Shown here: positions 42,701 through 57,900 of the stretch, in pieces
Layout: every line of letters begins with the position of its first letter
Position numbering within the stretch: the stretch's first letter is position 1
Assembly: GCA_012295275.1 (NCBI GenBank)
Contig: CM022679.1
Location: 9,486,001-9,550,000 of the forward strand
DNA length: 64,000 nucleotides
Source: Chrysomallon squamiferum
Lineage: Eukaryota > Animalia > Mollusca
Direction of reading: 5' to 3'
Made by a program: the position numbers and the translations under genes
Notes under the pieces: model-generated
The model's input: only the letters and a program-made list of their open reading frames with translations
Told to the model about the DNA's origin: nothing
Database searches by the model: none

Positions 42701-43729
42701 ATACTAAATATATTGCAAAATATAAATATAATATTTTCTTCTTATGAGAGGAGCTAATTAAATTTTATTATCAATGAGAAAAATTCTAAATGAACGTTTG
42801 TTTATAGTTATTTACTAAATTCTATAAAAAATAAAGACAGTTAATAATCTTATAAATGTAACACTTTACACTTGAGTAAACAACTAGTAAAACCAAACAA
42901 GAAAAAGTACCATTTTTGAAAACAAATGTAGAAAAAGATTTTTCATTTTAAAAAGTTATATATATCGGTGCTCTGTGACTTTGTTAACACTATTGTCTTT
43001 TCAAAGAAACTTACAGAAAGAGGTTGACGATCTTGTTCAGTGATTCCATCTTTGAGCTGACTGTCATAAAACAGGTGATTTGATATAGCACTAATCAGTG
43101 GATGACATCTGTACTGGGTACGAAGTACCACAGGAGGATAGCCCTGAAATATAAATAAAATTAAAAAATTAATTAAATTTATATAGTTTCCTAATACACA
43201 TTCAGAATCTAAATATAGATATTTTATGAATTTTTAAAATATATTTCTAAATAAACACCTTGAATATAATTATTAAATCCTTTTAAACAAATAATGTAAA
43301 TAATAAAAAATAAAAGAAAGAGAAGAAAATAAATAGTCAAGACATGAAAATATGTTTCGTCAGTGTTAATATTTTGTTTACAGTTGAAGTATTACTTAAT
43401 GTTAAACTGACCATCTTCATTAGTCTGTCGAACATCGTCTGTTCCAAGCCTTGATTGTGAGCTGCCTCAGATCCCTGGATTGTTGGATCCAGTTGCTAAG
43501 AAACAAAAATCAGGTATCATTAACAATAGGTTTAAGTAATACCCCAAATCAACAAAAATCAGTTCAACATTGGTAAATTTCCTAATTATTAATTATTCCT
43601 AAAAGATAAATAAATTAACTCTTTAAATGTCAGCATTAAGAATAAATATTTTTATATCTACCATTGTATTACAATTCTTATAATTCTATTAAATGTTGTT
43701 TTATTAATAATGCTTAGTACACAGTGTTA
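35322..43729. repeat. Tandem segmental duplication unit 3 (~8.4 kb), continuous with the full ZGRF1 gene
   Basis: Similarity to units 1 and 2 ends at ACAGTGTTAAAAAG|TTTCTA (~43730), inside a ZGRF1 intron. Confidence 0.95.
36118..38479 (+). pseudogene. FBXL15: FBXL15 copy 3, frameshifted as assembled (stop at 37111-37113); may be a consensus artefact
   Basis: Exons 36118-36137, 36753-37276, 37769-37900, 38302-38479. Relative to copy 1, about seven small deletions (1-12 nt) are clustered in 37105-37200. Confidence 0.65.
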
Positions 43730-44141
43730 AAAAGTTTCTAAATGTCCCATACAAAAAACAATGTGAATATCTTTTATATTGTGTACCCATGTAATGAATG
43801 TGAACTAGGTAATAAATAATTATAAAAATATTTTAACCTTAGGATCCCCAACAAGGACAAGTTTTTCACATCCAAATCTAGCAATAGGTAATAGTGAAGA
43901 TGGTTCTGTCATCTGACTACATTCATCCAGAACTACAAACTGAAATTGAGATTTAAAAACAAAATAGTAAAATAAGGAATAGAAATTTGCATCAATCAGC
44001 TATTATCATAATTATAATTTTATAAGAAAAAAAAGAAAGATATAATCTGAATAAATTTAAAAAAAATTAATAATAGGTTAAAAAATATAAGTAAAATAAA
44101 ATAATATTTTTTTTTTTTATAAATTAATTAATTAATAAATA

Positions 44142-44173
<32 letters not shown>

Positions 44174-45427
44174 GATATTTTCATTTGATTAAATAATAAA
44201 ATTAAACCTTATAATGTCTGCATGAGCAATAAAAAAAAAAAAAAAAAAAAACAAAAAACAAACACACAACAAAACAAATAAGCAAAATACTGAGAAATTA
44301 ATGTAAAGAAATGGTAAAAAGTAAATAAAATAAAGATACTGACAGGGAATGTCATTTTGGCCAAACACTGGAAGTTTGCAGCAGCACATGTCACACCAAC
44401 AACACGAATATGTCCCAGTTTCTTAAAGAAAAATATAAATCATATCAATAATTAACATTTCAAATAAACCACTATTTATTTAAACTTCACACCAATCAAT
44501 GCTTTCCATGTGTGTTTTCTTGAAACTGGTTTTTAGAATTGTCAGTGATATGAAATAAGGTCTGTATGTTCTAGCTATATGAAATATTAGCTATAAAACT
44601 TATTTTACAACCCATCTATTAAAGTTTGTAATTTATCATCACATAAATTGTGAGATTACTTTAATTCATGAGACTTTAATATTTCAGTCAGTGTTTAAAT
44701 TATAAACATAATTTATAATTTCTTGTAAAAATTAATGAAGTGGTTTACATATGGCTAATTACCTTTTTATTTTCACCAAGTCGATGTTTCTCAATGCTTT
44801 TCCTCACATAACTGCAATAAAAAAACAAAATTATAGGAAAATCACGAATCTCTGGAATGTCAAACAGAAATAAAACTTAAACAATAAATAAATAAATCCT
44901 TTTCAATCACAAAAACAGAGTGCAGGAATTTTTTTTTTTTTTTTTACTAATATAACTGTTAGCTCTATTTTTTCTAGTTTGATTTTAGGAAATCAACAGT
45001 AACTTAAAATTCTTTCTTTTTGACAAAAAAGAAGAAAATTAAAAATCTATTACAAACTTATATACAAATCTGTTTTAAAATCATAAGAACAATGCTTCTA
45101 AACATAATTAAGAAATTATCTTTATTAGAAATCTTTAAAATGCTGAAGAATATTATAAAAACTGAAAACTAAAAACTTCACACCCTTTCCCACTTTTTAC
45201 TCTACAGACAATGTCCAGACTAGCTCTGCCTACTGTTTGTGTATATAAAATATCAGGACAGTTCTTACTTACTGTCTCTCTGATGCTGTCAGGTCACTTC
45301 TAAACATTTCCTGCAAATCTTTCAACTCCTGACTGTCAGTACCACTGGCATGAACACTGCAAATTTATTACACGTAAAAATTAACATACAAATTAACATT
45401 ATAATAATATCAACAACAAAAACAACA

Positions 45428-45486
<59 letters not shown>

Positions 45487-46280
45487 TTAAATAATCCAAC
45501 AAAAACAGAACAACAGTAATTTTCATATCCAGTTTTTAGTTTATTACCTGTATGGGAGAACTGGTTTGGCAATCTTCTTCAAACTGCCCACTCGAACAAA
45601 ATCTTCATATCCAAGTTCAAGTAGTCTACAGAAATGAATTAGCTGTTTTAATAACTGTATTTAAATAGCAACAACAGAAACATTATTAGTAATATAACCC
45701 TATATAAGTATTAAAACAGGTAATGAACAAATGATTTGTAATTATTTCAAATTTTTTATCTCAGCTGTATAAAATATAATTGAGACTGAAAATGCAAATT
45801 CACCTAACTGTTTCTAAAACTTTTAATTAACATTTAAAATGATAAGAAAGATGCACTAACCCCAACAAAACTCTGTCCACTGCAACATTAGTTGTGGATG
45901 AAATTAACAGTTTCCATGAAAACATTTCATTGTCTACTTGATGATCATTCATCTCAAAAATCTCAACAAGAAACCTAATGATTATTGAGAGAAGAAAGCT
46001 TTTACCAGCTCCAAAAACACCTGAAAATGAATAATATTAAAATTTAACACAATCTCAGTATGTGATAAGGCATTAATAATCTAAACTGAAGATGAGGACA
46101 AATATGGATCTCATTTCATTTCTTAAAGAACATTTTCTATGTAAGTAACATTCTTTAAGAATACTTTTACTTTATAAAAATATAATATTATATCGGAGAA
46201 AAATTTAAGAGAAAAAAGTATATACCAAAGAGAGTTGTGACAGTGAAAAGATGGCATTGTTCAGTATTTCCTAACAATGT

Positions 46281-46326
<46 letters not shown>

Positions 46327-49300
46327 TTAATTATTAAACAGGACTAGTTACCAAAAAACCAAATAAAATTGGAAATATAAAAAAAATATGTATTTAGACA
46401 ATTTATTTATACCAACAATGGTACAATTTAATCTCTAAATTTAATTTCAAGTGTGTGTGTTTTGAACATCATATACAGCAAATGAAAACTAACAAGCCTA
46501 TTACCTTGTATAAGAACAACAGAATCACTTTCTTTCTCCTCAACGTTAATCATGGCAGCAGTTTTCATCAGAGCTTCTGCCTGGTCACAGTTTAATTTGT
46601 ATCTGTTCACATAGTTACTAGCAATCTCCACCTATAACAAAATAAATCTAAAGTCTTTTCTAAATTCAGTAACCAGTTATGAAGACATTTTCTTTATTTG
46701 AATTCAAATGGAGATTATAAAAAATAACTATAGTAAAATGTACAAAGTCTAAAAGTCAAATAATTTAAGATTGATTTTTAATGTTTTTTTAATGTTGTTT
46801 TTTCTGAATTTTAAAAACTCAAGGAGTGTGTTTGCATGCTTCAGTCTAGTTCAGCTAGTGCATTAAAAAGCAACACCATGCCATTCTGTACACAGACATT
46901 TAACACTGATTATCAAATGTTTTAATGACAAAGAATTACTGTTCATTGCAATGATAACAGTTGATAAAGTAATTGAATTAATCAAAAACAAGTCAACATT
47001 CTGTAAGACATAAAACATAATAACAGTACATATCCTAAAAAGATAAGATAACAAGGTACTCTGGCAACCCTCACAGAAATAGAAACACAGGAAAATAAAA
47101 ATATTGTAAAGAGATTAGATTTCAGACATTAATATCGGGAATAACTTTGAAGATAAAGCATACACACCACAAGATGACCTGGGACATGAAGTTTAGCTGA
47201 AGAATCCTTAATTGCTGGTACATTAAATTCCTTGTTTTTGTTACATCTTTCAGTATCTCTGAAAATTTTCAAATACATGTACTCAGCATCACAGACAAAT
47301 CTGTATAATAACATCAAGTTTTAATTTAGCACTTAAAAATCTTTTGAGTTTATGGTCTAGACAAGTGTTCATTATTACTGGCTTTATAATAGACATGTAC
47401 TAAATATATCATTAGCTTTGTAGGTTTTTTTTATATCTGTTTATAGTTTTATTTTTAGTATTTTTTTATTGTTAAAATAATATTGTGTAAGTGAATATGA
47501 CATACATTCAGTAAATCAACAAAGCTTTATATTAATTCTGATTTTTAAAATGATTATAGTTGACTGTTATGATTGTCTGATGTGCTTTCTGGTAAACTGG
47601 ACACTGAATATTAAAATACCTGATGGATAATTATTAAGAATTGTCCACCTGTTTAATTTTCACTTAAGTATCTCTCAGTGTATTTTCTGATAAATGAAGA
47701 CAGTGTGAAAACCCTGGTTCTTACCTGTGGAGCAGGTGTTTCAGAATGGGGAGTGAAGTGGGCTGAATGTGATCCTGAATATTAACCATGCAGTTCAGTT
47801 CATTCGAAGCATTTCCAGCAAGAACTGCATGACAAACACCTGCAGATCGAAGACAGTTATTGTAAATCTTACTTTTATTTATTTATTTATTTATGTTTTT
47901 TTTTACATAAAATAAAATAATTTAGGTATCTTTGTTTTAAATTCTCAAATGACAGTCAATAATTGTTAATAATAAAATGCACCAATAGAATATCCAATTC
48001 TGAACTTTAGTCTTTCACAGCTGGAATTTTGTGACATCATCATTTATTAGGATAGACATAGTTGCTGAATATGCTTCCTCTTATTAGTCAAATTAGTTGT
48101 TCATAATGCAATTAAAATTATTAAAATTAATTATTAAAAAGTCTTTTTAACTTTTACATTGAAAGAAAGAAACTTGTAAAGTTAACTGATCAGCCACAGA
48201 TATATACAATGATTAAAAAATTACTTTTTTTTTAATTAATGCTCTTTTTTCCCTTTGCCTTATTAATATAAGCTTGTATTTGTTGGCAAAAAAACGTATT
48301 TAAAAAAAATCTTAAACTGTACAGAATTAATATAAATACAATTTCTCAGTCAGTGGATGGTGGACAGTGGACTGTGATGTAGTATTCATTATATCTGTCA
48401 AAGTATTAAGAATTGCCAACATTATTTAGTTTTAAAGTTTTTGTTAAAGACCAAGAAAAAACATAAATAAGAAAATAAAAGAGATTGTTATTACTTTTTA
48501 AAACTAATAACACTATATAAATTATCTACACTTACATTCATTTGTCCAGTTTGAAGGAGAAAATCCTGAAATTGGTTCTATTTCCAGTTCATTGGCAGAG
48601 TTTGGACCAAAATACATACTCTTAGCCAGAAATGTTGTCCCAGGTTCAAAAGTTAAGTTTTGTGACACAATCCACAAATCATCTTAAAATGAAATAACAT
48701 TTTTAAAAATACAACTAAATTATACATATATATTTCAAATCATGGTTGAAGGTTGTTACATCATATTAAAAAAACAAAATGATAATGTTATTAAAAAAAA
48801 GAACTAATGTGAAGTAAATACAAATTGAAATCAAAGACATTTTTTAGTGGAAGAACATTTTTGAAAATAACAAATACTCTGTGAAATACAAACCTTTTGA
48901 GAAGACTGAAGAAGATCTTTTGCTTGATAGCTTTATGTACATCAGTTTTTTGTCACTAATTTCACCTTGACGTGCCCATGCCTGTAAGAAAACATACCAT
49001 GCTGTAAAATGAACAGGGCCAGATCCATTCAAAGCATACAAATAAAATCTGAATCATTACATGAAATCAAAGAACATACAAAACTATTACCTGGAGGCAA
49101 ACTATAAGGACAGTGATAAAACTTGACATGAAGCTCCACAGAGCTCTTACAGGACTACTCATTGACAAGTTAATGAGAGCCATTTTACTGCATTATTTAC
49201 AAATGTGAAATGTGCTGGTATGGCTGAATTAAATAAAAAGTTGGACATCTACACATCTTGAAAAAAACTGGAATCAATTTTCCACAAAAAATATCATTTT

Positions 49301-52300
49301 CTAGGAACCTATAACTGGGCTCAGAGCAAAAACAATTATTTAAAACAAAATAATAAACCCCACACCCCCAAAAAATAAAATAAAATAAAAGAAAATAAAA
49401 AATAAATAAAGAGCAAAAAGAAATAAAAAAAAGTGTAAAAAAAAAAAAAAAAAAGAAAGAAGGTTTACATGGACGTATCCAGTATTAAAAATTTCAAGGT
49501 GAATGTGGTAAGGATCAATTCAAATACAATATTCTGTATGTAATCAAGGTTACTCACAGGAAATCCTCTGCTGAAACTGCTGCGTGCTGGATGTTTTCTC
49601 ACAAACTGACATTCACAAAAGAATACGATGTCGTGTCCTCGGAAAAACGCTGTTATACTGTCAGCATCATTAAGTCTTACACCAGACGAAACTGAAATTC
49701 CTTGCTTCGACTTCTTCATTTGATCTGCCCACTGGAAAAACTACAACAAGAAACATTTATAAAAAAAATTATCAACTGAGTTATTTAGTGTTTATAAAAA
49801 AAAAAAAAATTATTATGAAAGTTAAACATTTGAGGTTTTTTAAATGAAAGATGAGATAAATTTACAAATACCAAAAAAAAAATCAAAAAAAATCTGAAAA
49901 TAATATTTTTTGTACTAATAATATATAAAAACATAAATATGTTTATATAGTTAAATAAAAAAAAAAAAAAAAAAAAAAAAAATTCTACTAATAATTTATA
50001 AAAACATTAATATGCTTATACAGTTAAAGAAAGAGAAGAAAAAGAATTTTTTTTTTTTTTTTTTTTTAGATTTCTCATCTTTTTTCCCCCAGAACATTCA
50101 GTTTTTAATAAAAAAAGAAAGAAAATACACACCTTGCACTGTTGATTCCTTGGAGCATTGCATGCATAAAAGAATCTGCCTTTGTTAACACCGTCTTTTT
50201 TCACCTGCACCATTTTAGCAGGCACCCCACACTGACAAGGTGGGTTTGTGTTAGCGTGAGAGGTTTCTGCCAGACAATTTCTGCGATCTAGCCAACAAAA
50301 AAAATATATATATATAGTTTCAATCATGCATTGAAACAGCAAAGTGTTACTCAAAGCTATATAATTTAGAAAAAAAAAATAAAAATAAAAATAAAAATAA
50401 TAATAAAAAATAAAATATATAACATTCGTGCCAAAATATCTTTTTACTGGCAAAATTATATGTATACTGTTTCCATAAACAGTGCTCAACTGAATAATGA
50501 AATAAAATATATAGGATTAGTCACAATGGTTATTTTTTAAACATTTTTCATAGGGGTAAAACTGTATGTGATTAAGCAAAAAATTACTCCTAAAATATAC
50601 ACATTTTACTATAACAACATATTTAAAACAAATTTTCATTTAATTTTAAAAATGATGCTCCTCTCTGATAAGAACAATTTTTATGTAACTCCCTATGCAT
50701 CAATTATCATATTGTTTTTTTATTATTTATTTTTTTAAATTCATGCATATATTAACTGAAAATTATTAATCATATTATTAATTTTTATTACCCAGTATAC
50801 TCTTATTTTTATTTATTTTCTGAAATGGTGTGATGATCATTAATTATCCTACCTGAATTTGAGCTGGTATAACCAGAGAGGTCAGCTCTTTGCAGTGCTG
50901 AATGGAAACTTTTTGACAAGTCAAACAGCATTACATTAATATACTCTGAAAACAAAAAAACAACATTTATACATCAGTAAATTCACTTGTGATTTGATCT
51001 GAATCAAATAATAAGAAAATTTATACAAAAATAAATATTAAATAAATCCATTTACCACAGGTAACAAATGGAAGCATTTATATATGTTACAGGAAAGATG
51101 TATAATTCCTGAAAATATTAGAAAATATATGTATAATCACTGAACTGAAAGAAAATGCCCAGAGTTGGTGATGATACATGGGAAACCTAGGCATCCACAG
51201 AGACAAGGGTTCGTAGAAAAAGCAGACTGTCATATTAAGGACATGGTTTCTTGTTGCAGACAAGATAACAGTTCAACTGAATGGACTGAAATTTATTCAG
51301 GTTCAGAAGAACTCCAGTCTTCACAGTAGAATTAAGTGCTCCCCATTTGCGGCATTTTTGGGTTCTGATGCTTGCAGTGGTCTGTTACTTATCCTTCCTC
51401 CTGAAATTCTCCATAGATCTGACAATCTAGTCACAGCCACTGCATTCCCATTTTCCTGAGTGAATCAGACATCACACATATTTTCATAAATTTTCAGGAA
51501 TTATAGACATTTCCTGAAAATACATGTTTCCTACAACATATATACACTCATACACAAACATGCACACATAAATAGAATAAATGAATAATTAATATTACGT
51601 TAATTATCTAAAATTTTCTAGCATCTAATACATGAATGTATAATTTGAAATGACAGATTTGAAGTGATTTATTTGACTCACCTTTCAGAGCTGCAGTGAG
51701 AACATGTTTGTAAGAATTAACACTGGGGAAACTGACTGGAATCACCACCTGTCTTAAAGGTGATACTTCATTTTCTACTTCAGACTTGCTTGGAAACTGA
51801 AGGTCACCACATAAATTACGCTGAAATTAAATAATAACAATAACAATAATAATTCATCAATATTATATTGAATGTTATCATATGCTGATTGAAATTTATA
51901 TATTCACACAGACTAAAAAAACATACATACATACATACATACATACATACATACATACATGCATACATAAACATACGTTCATACATGTATACAATTTAAT
52001 TATTATTATTATTATTTTTGGATTGTTAAACAATGGTAATTGTAATTTAAAAAGAATGTTCAGTCAGTACCTGGCTGTGTTTTAAAACACTTTTGGCTGA
52101 TGAACTTAGAACAGGATTCTGGAATTTTCTGTTGACTCTTTGTGGTCCAGGCTGTAAAGATTTTGATGCTGAAACAGAGAGTTTGGTATTTTGTGAAACA
52201 CTCAACTGAGAATCATCAAACAAAATTGGACTCATTCTGTTAAGGTTATTTCCATAATCCACTGCTGAAAAATGCATATCTGAATTTGTCTGAGTTTCAT

Positions 52301-54928
52301 GTTTCATCTCTTCACTCTGAACTGAACAAATCATATTGGGAACTTGAAATTTATTCTTGTCAAAGTCACCAATTTTAGTTATCTTAAATGCAGCATTGTT
52401 ATTGATTTCTTTTTCATTATAACACTTTGTTACAGTGTTGTTGTAGTTGCTCTCTATCTGTGAAAGTTCGTCAAGATCGCTAAGTTCAATAACTGGACTT
52501 GAGCAAACAGAACTGTTGTCAACCTTCTGACGTTCACAGTTATTTCCTATTACACTTTTCTGTCCCCTGCAAGTGTCTTCCAAGTATTCAAATTTAGTGA
52601 GACTATTATTCTCACATTTAATGTTACTTGAATATTCTTCAAGGTTCAAATTTATAGGGTTTGTAATGGTCCTTTCAAAACATTTTCTGTTAGAAGCAAT
52701 GTCAGTATTCTGAGGGTTGGAATAAAGCTGAAATTCAATTCCTTCCTCTTCTTCTTGATGTAGATATTGGTCCCATCTTGATTTTCTGTTAAAACAGATA
52801 TCTTGACACAAACCCAGTTCTAAGGATTCAAATGATTCTTCTGGTTTCCAAGCTCTTCTGTAAGTATCATCACGATTGTTATCATCATTTCTAATGAGTT
52901 TACTCTGAGTATGAATGTTCTCAACAAAATAGTCTTCATTTTTAACAGTAAAAACACCAGAATGATTTACTTCTTTATAACAAGGAAAACACAAATTATC
53001 ATTTTTTATTTTCACAGCCTCATTTGACTTCTGATTTGAAAGAAGATTATATGAATCAGAAACCTGAGAATTGCTATCATGTTGACCAAACATTTTAATC
53101 CAGTGCTCAGGAACATCAATTTGTTTTTCAGATTCAAATGACAAACTGTTAGGAATATTTCGGGTGTTAAAAATGTCTGTAAGTTGTTTATTTTCATTTT
53201 TAAGGCAGATTTTGTCATCATAATATTCTGATTTGGTCTCCTCAGTTGAAACTGGTGTATGAGTAACATCATCAAATGGTAGAGTTTTTAAAGGTTTTTT
53301 ACGCTGATGAGTTCTAAGTGCAAAATGCCTATTTGAAGGCATGTTGTTAAATTGCAAGAATCCTGTGCATAATAAATTTCTAAATTTAAAATATTTGTTT
53401 ATAGATTTGCATTTAACAAATAAAAATAACAAACTTTCATTTGATCTAATTTAATTAGATTCAAATATTTAAAGAACTGTTTTAGAAATTTGTATTTATT
53501 ATCATCCTATTTTGTTACATAAATTTTAATTATATACATATACATGCCTTTCCATTTATCAATTCTGTAGTAAATTACAAAAAATATATTATCAAAAGAT
53601 TGTAGATTTAAACTTTTTAAAGATGTTATCAAATAACTTTGTTCTAAAAGCAATATATTCAGCATTTATTATTTTGTGAAAGTCAAGCTGGTAACTTTAT
53701 ATAAATGACATGCAAACAACATTAGTAACAGTAACAAAAATAATAAGAAAACGTAAAATCAGAAAAACAAAATGAAAAAAACAACAACTAAAAAACATAT
53801 ATTTTAATTTATTATATATAAAATAATAATAATAATAACAACAATAAAAAAATAAAATAAAATGAAATACCTTCCTTCGGTAGGTTGTTGTGAAATATTT
53901 AGGTAAAACTAAAGTTATATACCTCTATTGACTGGAACTTGTTGACATGTTTTTGGACTTTGTTCTGGAGCTGAAACATCCAGTTCTGTGTGGGGTACAC
54001 CTTGAACCTGTTATATTAACACACATCCTTAAATACAGTGTTACATTTACCTAAAGTGTTATTCTTTGTTAAATATCAATTTAAAAAAAAAAAAAAAAAA
54101 AATTTCAGATATATGATTTTATAAAACTTTTTCCTTTCTAACATAAACTGGAATGAGTTATGTAAACAATTCCTTGCTTATGATTAGATTTGAGCCCATG
54201 GATTGAGAAGCTGTTTTCTTCCCTGATACGATTAAATAAAAACAATATGATTTGTATGTAACAACTGTTGATGTTAAACACTCATTGATTCATTTGAAAT
54301 TATCATATAAATTTAATGGCAATTCTGTAGATGTACCTATTTACATTATTCAATTTAGTTTTAGTTTTTATTTCCAAAATTCATATGACATATTTTAGGA
54401 ATTGTTAATTATAACAACTGGATTTTCTATCATATTTTTAAATTATTATTTAAGTAAAAGTTACCTGTTCTGTTTTGTTGTTGAATGCATTGTCAACAAA
54501 CTTTGGTTTTTCTTCATTCCAGTCTATGTAAAAGTTTTGTTCCTGTGTTAAAATCTCTGACAACAGATAAAAAACACTGGAAATCATTTATATTATTTGA
54601 AAGATCACTTATTCTAGTCCCCCATACCCCAAAACAAAAACAGAAATAAAAACCAGAAACAAAGTAACAACCAAACAAAATCCAAACAGAATAATAGCAG
54701 AAATAAAACTAAAACCCCAAGTTAATAGAAAAAATGAAAACAACCCCACAAAAAAACAAAACAAAAATAGCATTAAATAGTTTAATTAATCTTTATGAAT
54801 ATGATAGAAGAAATTAATTCATTGCATATATTATTATTTTTAGTTTTTAATCTTATTTTCTAAAACATTTTATTTAAAAGTTTAAATTTGTAAAATATTA
54901 GAATTTTGTTTTGTCAAGCAAAAATGTA

Positions 54929-54961
<33 letters not shown>

Positions 54962-57900
54962 TTTTTTTTTACTATCATGCTTAATTCTAATCAGGTATTT
55001 GTCTTTTTTTTTACCTGGATTGACATCACGTTGCTGCAAATTTTCTGGAAAAATACTGATATCTGAATCTTGAAGATTTAAAGATTTCCCTGAACAACCT
55101 GGAAGACTAGCAGACGCCATCTGACTCCGAATGTTATCAGCAGTAACATCAACTTTGTCGAACACATCAGATACTGAATTACATTTGAATTCTGCCAGCT
55201 GAGAGGTGTCAAGACTTTGATCATTCACTGAAAACAAAAACTGTTCCTTGGACTGCTGACTAAACATATCAGTGCTTGGTGAACTTGTGTCAGAAATCAA
55301 AGGTGAGGTTTGAAAAGTGTTACGAGAAGTTTTGAATTTGGTGGTGTTTGGAAGTGATGAACAGTGAAAATCACTCAGTGAAGGTTTCTTTTCTCTCCTC
55401 ACGTGAACAAATGTTGCACTGTTTGGCTGGCGACTAGCACGTGCTGATCTACTTCCCTTCATTTTATATTCTGCCAGTTTGTTAAAAACCTGTACAATTA
55501 GACACATGGGTTTATAAAAATTGAGAACTTTTTGTGTTTGACAATGGTGGTTTGGTAAATGCAGCTAATAACAGATCTCTCTGTCTCTCTCTCTCTTTTC
55601 TCACTCTTTCTCTTTTTCTCTCTGTATATATATCTCTCTTTCTCCTTTGTCTATTCTTTCATCTCTCTTTATGTATGTAAGTGTATGTGTATGTGGGTAT
55701 TTTTAATCTCCAAATATCTATAACAGTTAATAATACATTTTATTGACAGAGAGAGTTAGAAAGAAAAAAAAAAGGTACAGAAAGAAAGAGTGTGTGAGAA
55801 AAAAAGATTCTGAAAACTTAATAATGAAATATGAGGAACATGAGAAATATCAATTAACAATACAGATGTCAGAAAATTCAAGTATCAAGATAAACTGAAA
55901 TAGGCTTTAAATCTAACATCATGAATCTGTGAAATCACAAGTTCAGTATGGCTGCTATGCTTCTGACCATTTCTTTAGCACGTGCTACAAATTAGCCTAC
56001 ATACAAATTACATTCTTAACCTTTTACCTTTTACTTGTATGTACTGAATTCATAAACCTTTTAATACAGTGCATTTATCTCCAATTTCTGTCAGAAGTTT
56101 AGCAAACAACAGACTTGCCATATTTGTTATTTTATCAAGGTGTAAAATTGTTTTGTTTTATATGCTCCAAAAACATTTTTGATAATGTACCTTTAAAACA
56201 GTATTCAATCTTAAGAAGAAAAAAAAAAAAATAATAATAATAATAATGATATATATATATGTAGATAGATAGATAGATAGATAGATAGATATAAACAAAT
56301 AAACAAATAAATAAGCTAGCAAGGAAATAATTAAATAAATAGACAAATAAACAAACAAACAATAAATAAATAAACTCACACCATCAATCATATTAGTACT
56401 GATATTTGTTTTGTTGTCCTCATTGAAAAGTTCTGAAGGATGAGGTAGATTAACGATCACTTGAGGAGAAACTAAGTCAAAAAATAATTAAAAATAATTA
56501 AATTAAATAATGTAAACTTGTATACTTAAATCAGAAAATCAGCTATTTCTAAATGTATCAAGGCACTGCAAAAGACTGAACTTTCATAATAAATTTTAAA
56601 CATAAATAAATGTGTTTATTTATTATTGCACATTTACTTATAACTGTTGGTAAAATGTTAATTTAATGCATTAGTAATTCTGATTTTTATTAAACTTGTC
56701 TGCTTTACAGCAATCAATTCTTGAACTCTTATGTAATTAAAAATATAAAGATTAGTATCTTTATATAAATATTTAAGTGTGCTTTATAAAAGGTACAACT
56801 TGAATCAATTATTTACAAATAAAAAAATTGATATATATTTTTTTTCTTATCAATGATATCACTAATGTTATTATAAACATTCCTCTCATTTTTTCTTTTA
56901 AGTTGAACACCAAAAACACCCACAAAAGAAAACAAAGCTAAAAATAAAATAAAAATAAAAATAAAACAAAAAAAGAGCATCACTGATGTATAAAAATTTA
57001 CTCTGATAAAATGTTACACTTCCATAAATATTTGGTTTTTAGTTTTGCTTACAATTAATTCAGCATCAAAAATACATACTGTGAAGTTAAAAATTTTGAA
57101 TCACACAAAGATACACATATTATGTTATACATATTTTACACTTATCAATATAAAATTAATGGACAATACCTTTATCAAATAAAAGGCTGCTTTCTGAACT
57201 GTATTCATGTAAATCAGGTTTTATATCAATTTGAGAAGATTTTTGAGAATGTTTAAAAGTTGTCATAAATAATGATTCAGCATTATGATTTTCAGATGAT
57301 TTTTCTTTCTCAAGTTCTAAATCTGACTGATTAATGAACAATGTTTCAGCATCAAAGTTTCTTTTTAGTTGTTCTTGAAGACCAGAATGGGAAGTATCAT
57401 TAAAAGGTGTTATTTTGTTTTGAAACTGGCATCCATGACTGAAAGGTAGATGGTTAGTATTATTTTTCTCAGAATGAAGACCAGGCTGTTTTTCCTGGAT
57501 ACTCCAATCACAGTCTGATGGCAAGTCCTGAAAATGGTCCTGATTAGAAATTCCAAATTGCCTTTCCTGAATGTTATGAAAACCTGAAATATTCTCTGGT
57601 GTCTGAATTTGATACTGATACGTTTTATCTGATTGTAAAGCCTTAACATTACCAATATTACATTTTCCAAACTGTACTTCCTGATACTGAATTTTGCTTT
57701 CATCTGAATAATCTTCATGAATGTCACTCTTAAAATCAAATTTGTTTTTAGGTTCTTTAACACTGTCAGTAAGAACAAAACCATCGTCTTTTCTTTGTGA
57801 ACTTTTTTCAGCTGAACAATCACTTGTTTTGTAATCATACAAATTTAACAGTGATTTTGTAAAATTTTCTTTTGAGACTTCTGATTTTGGGAAGTCTTCT

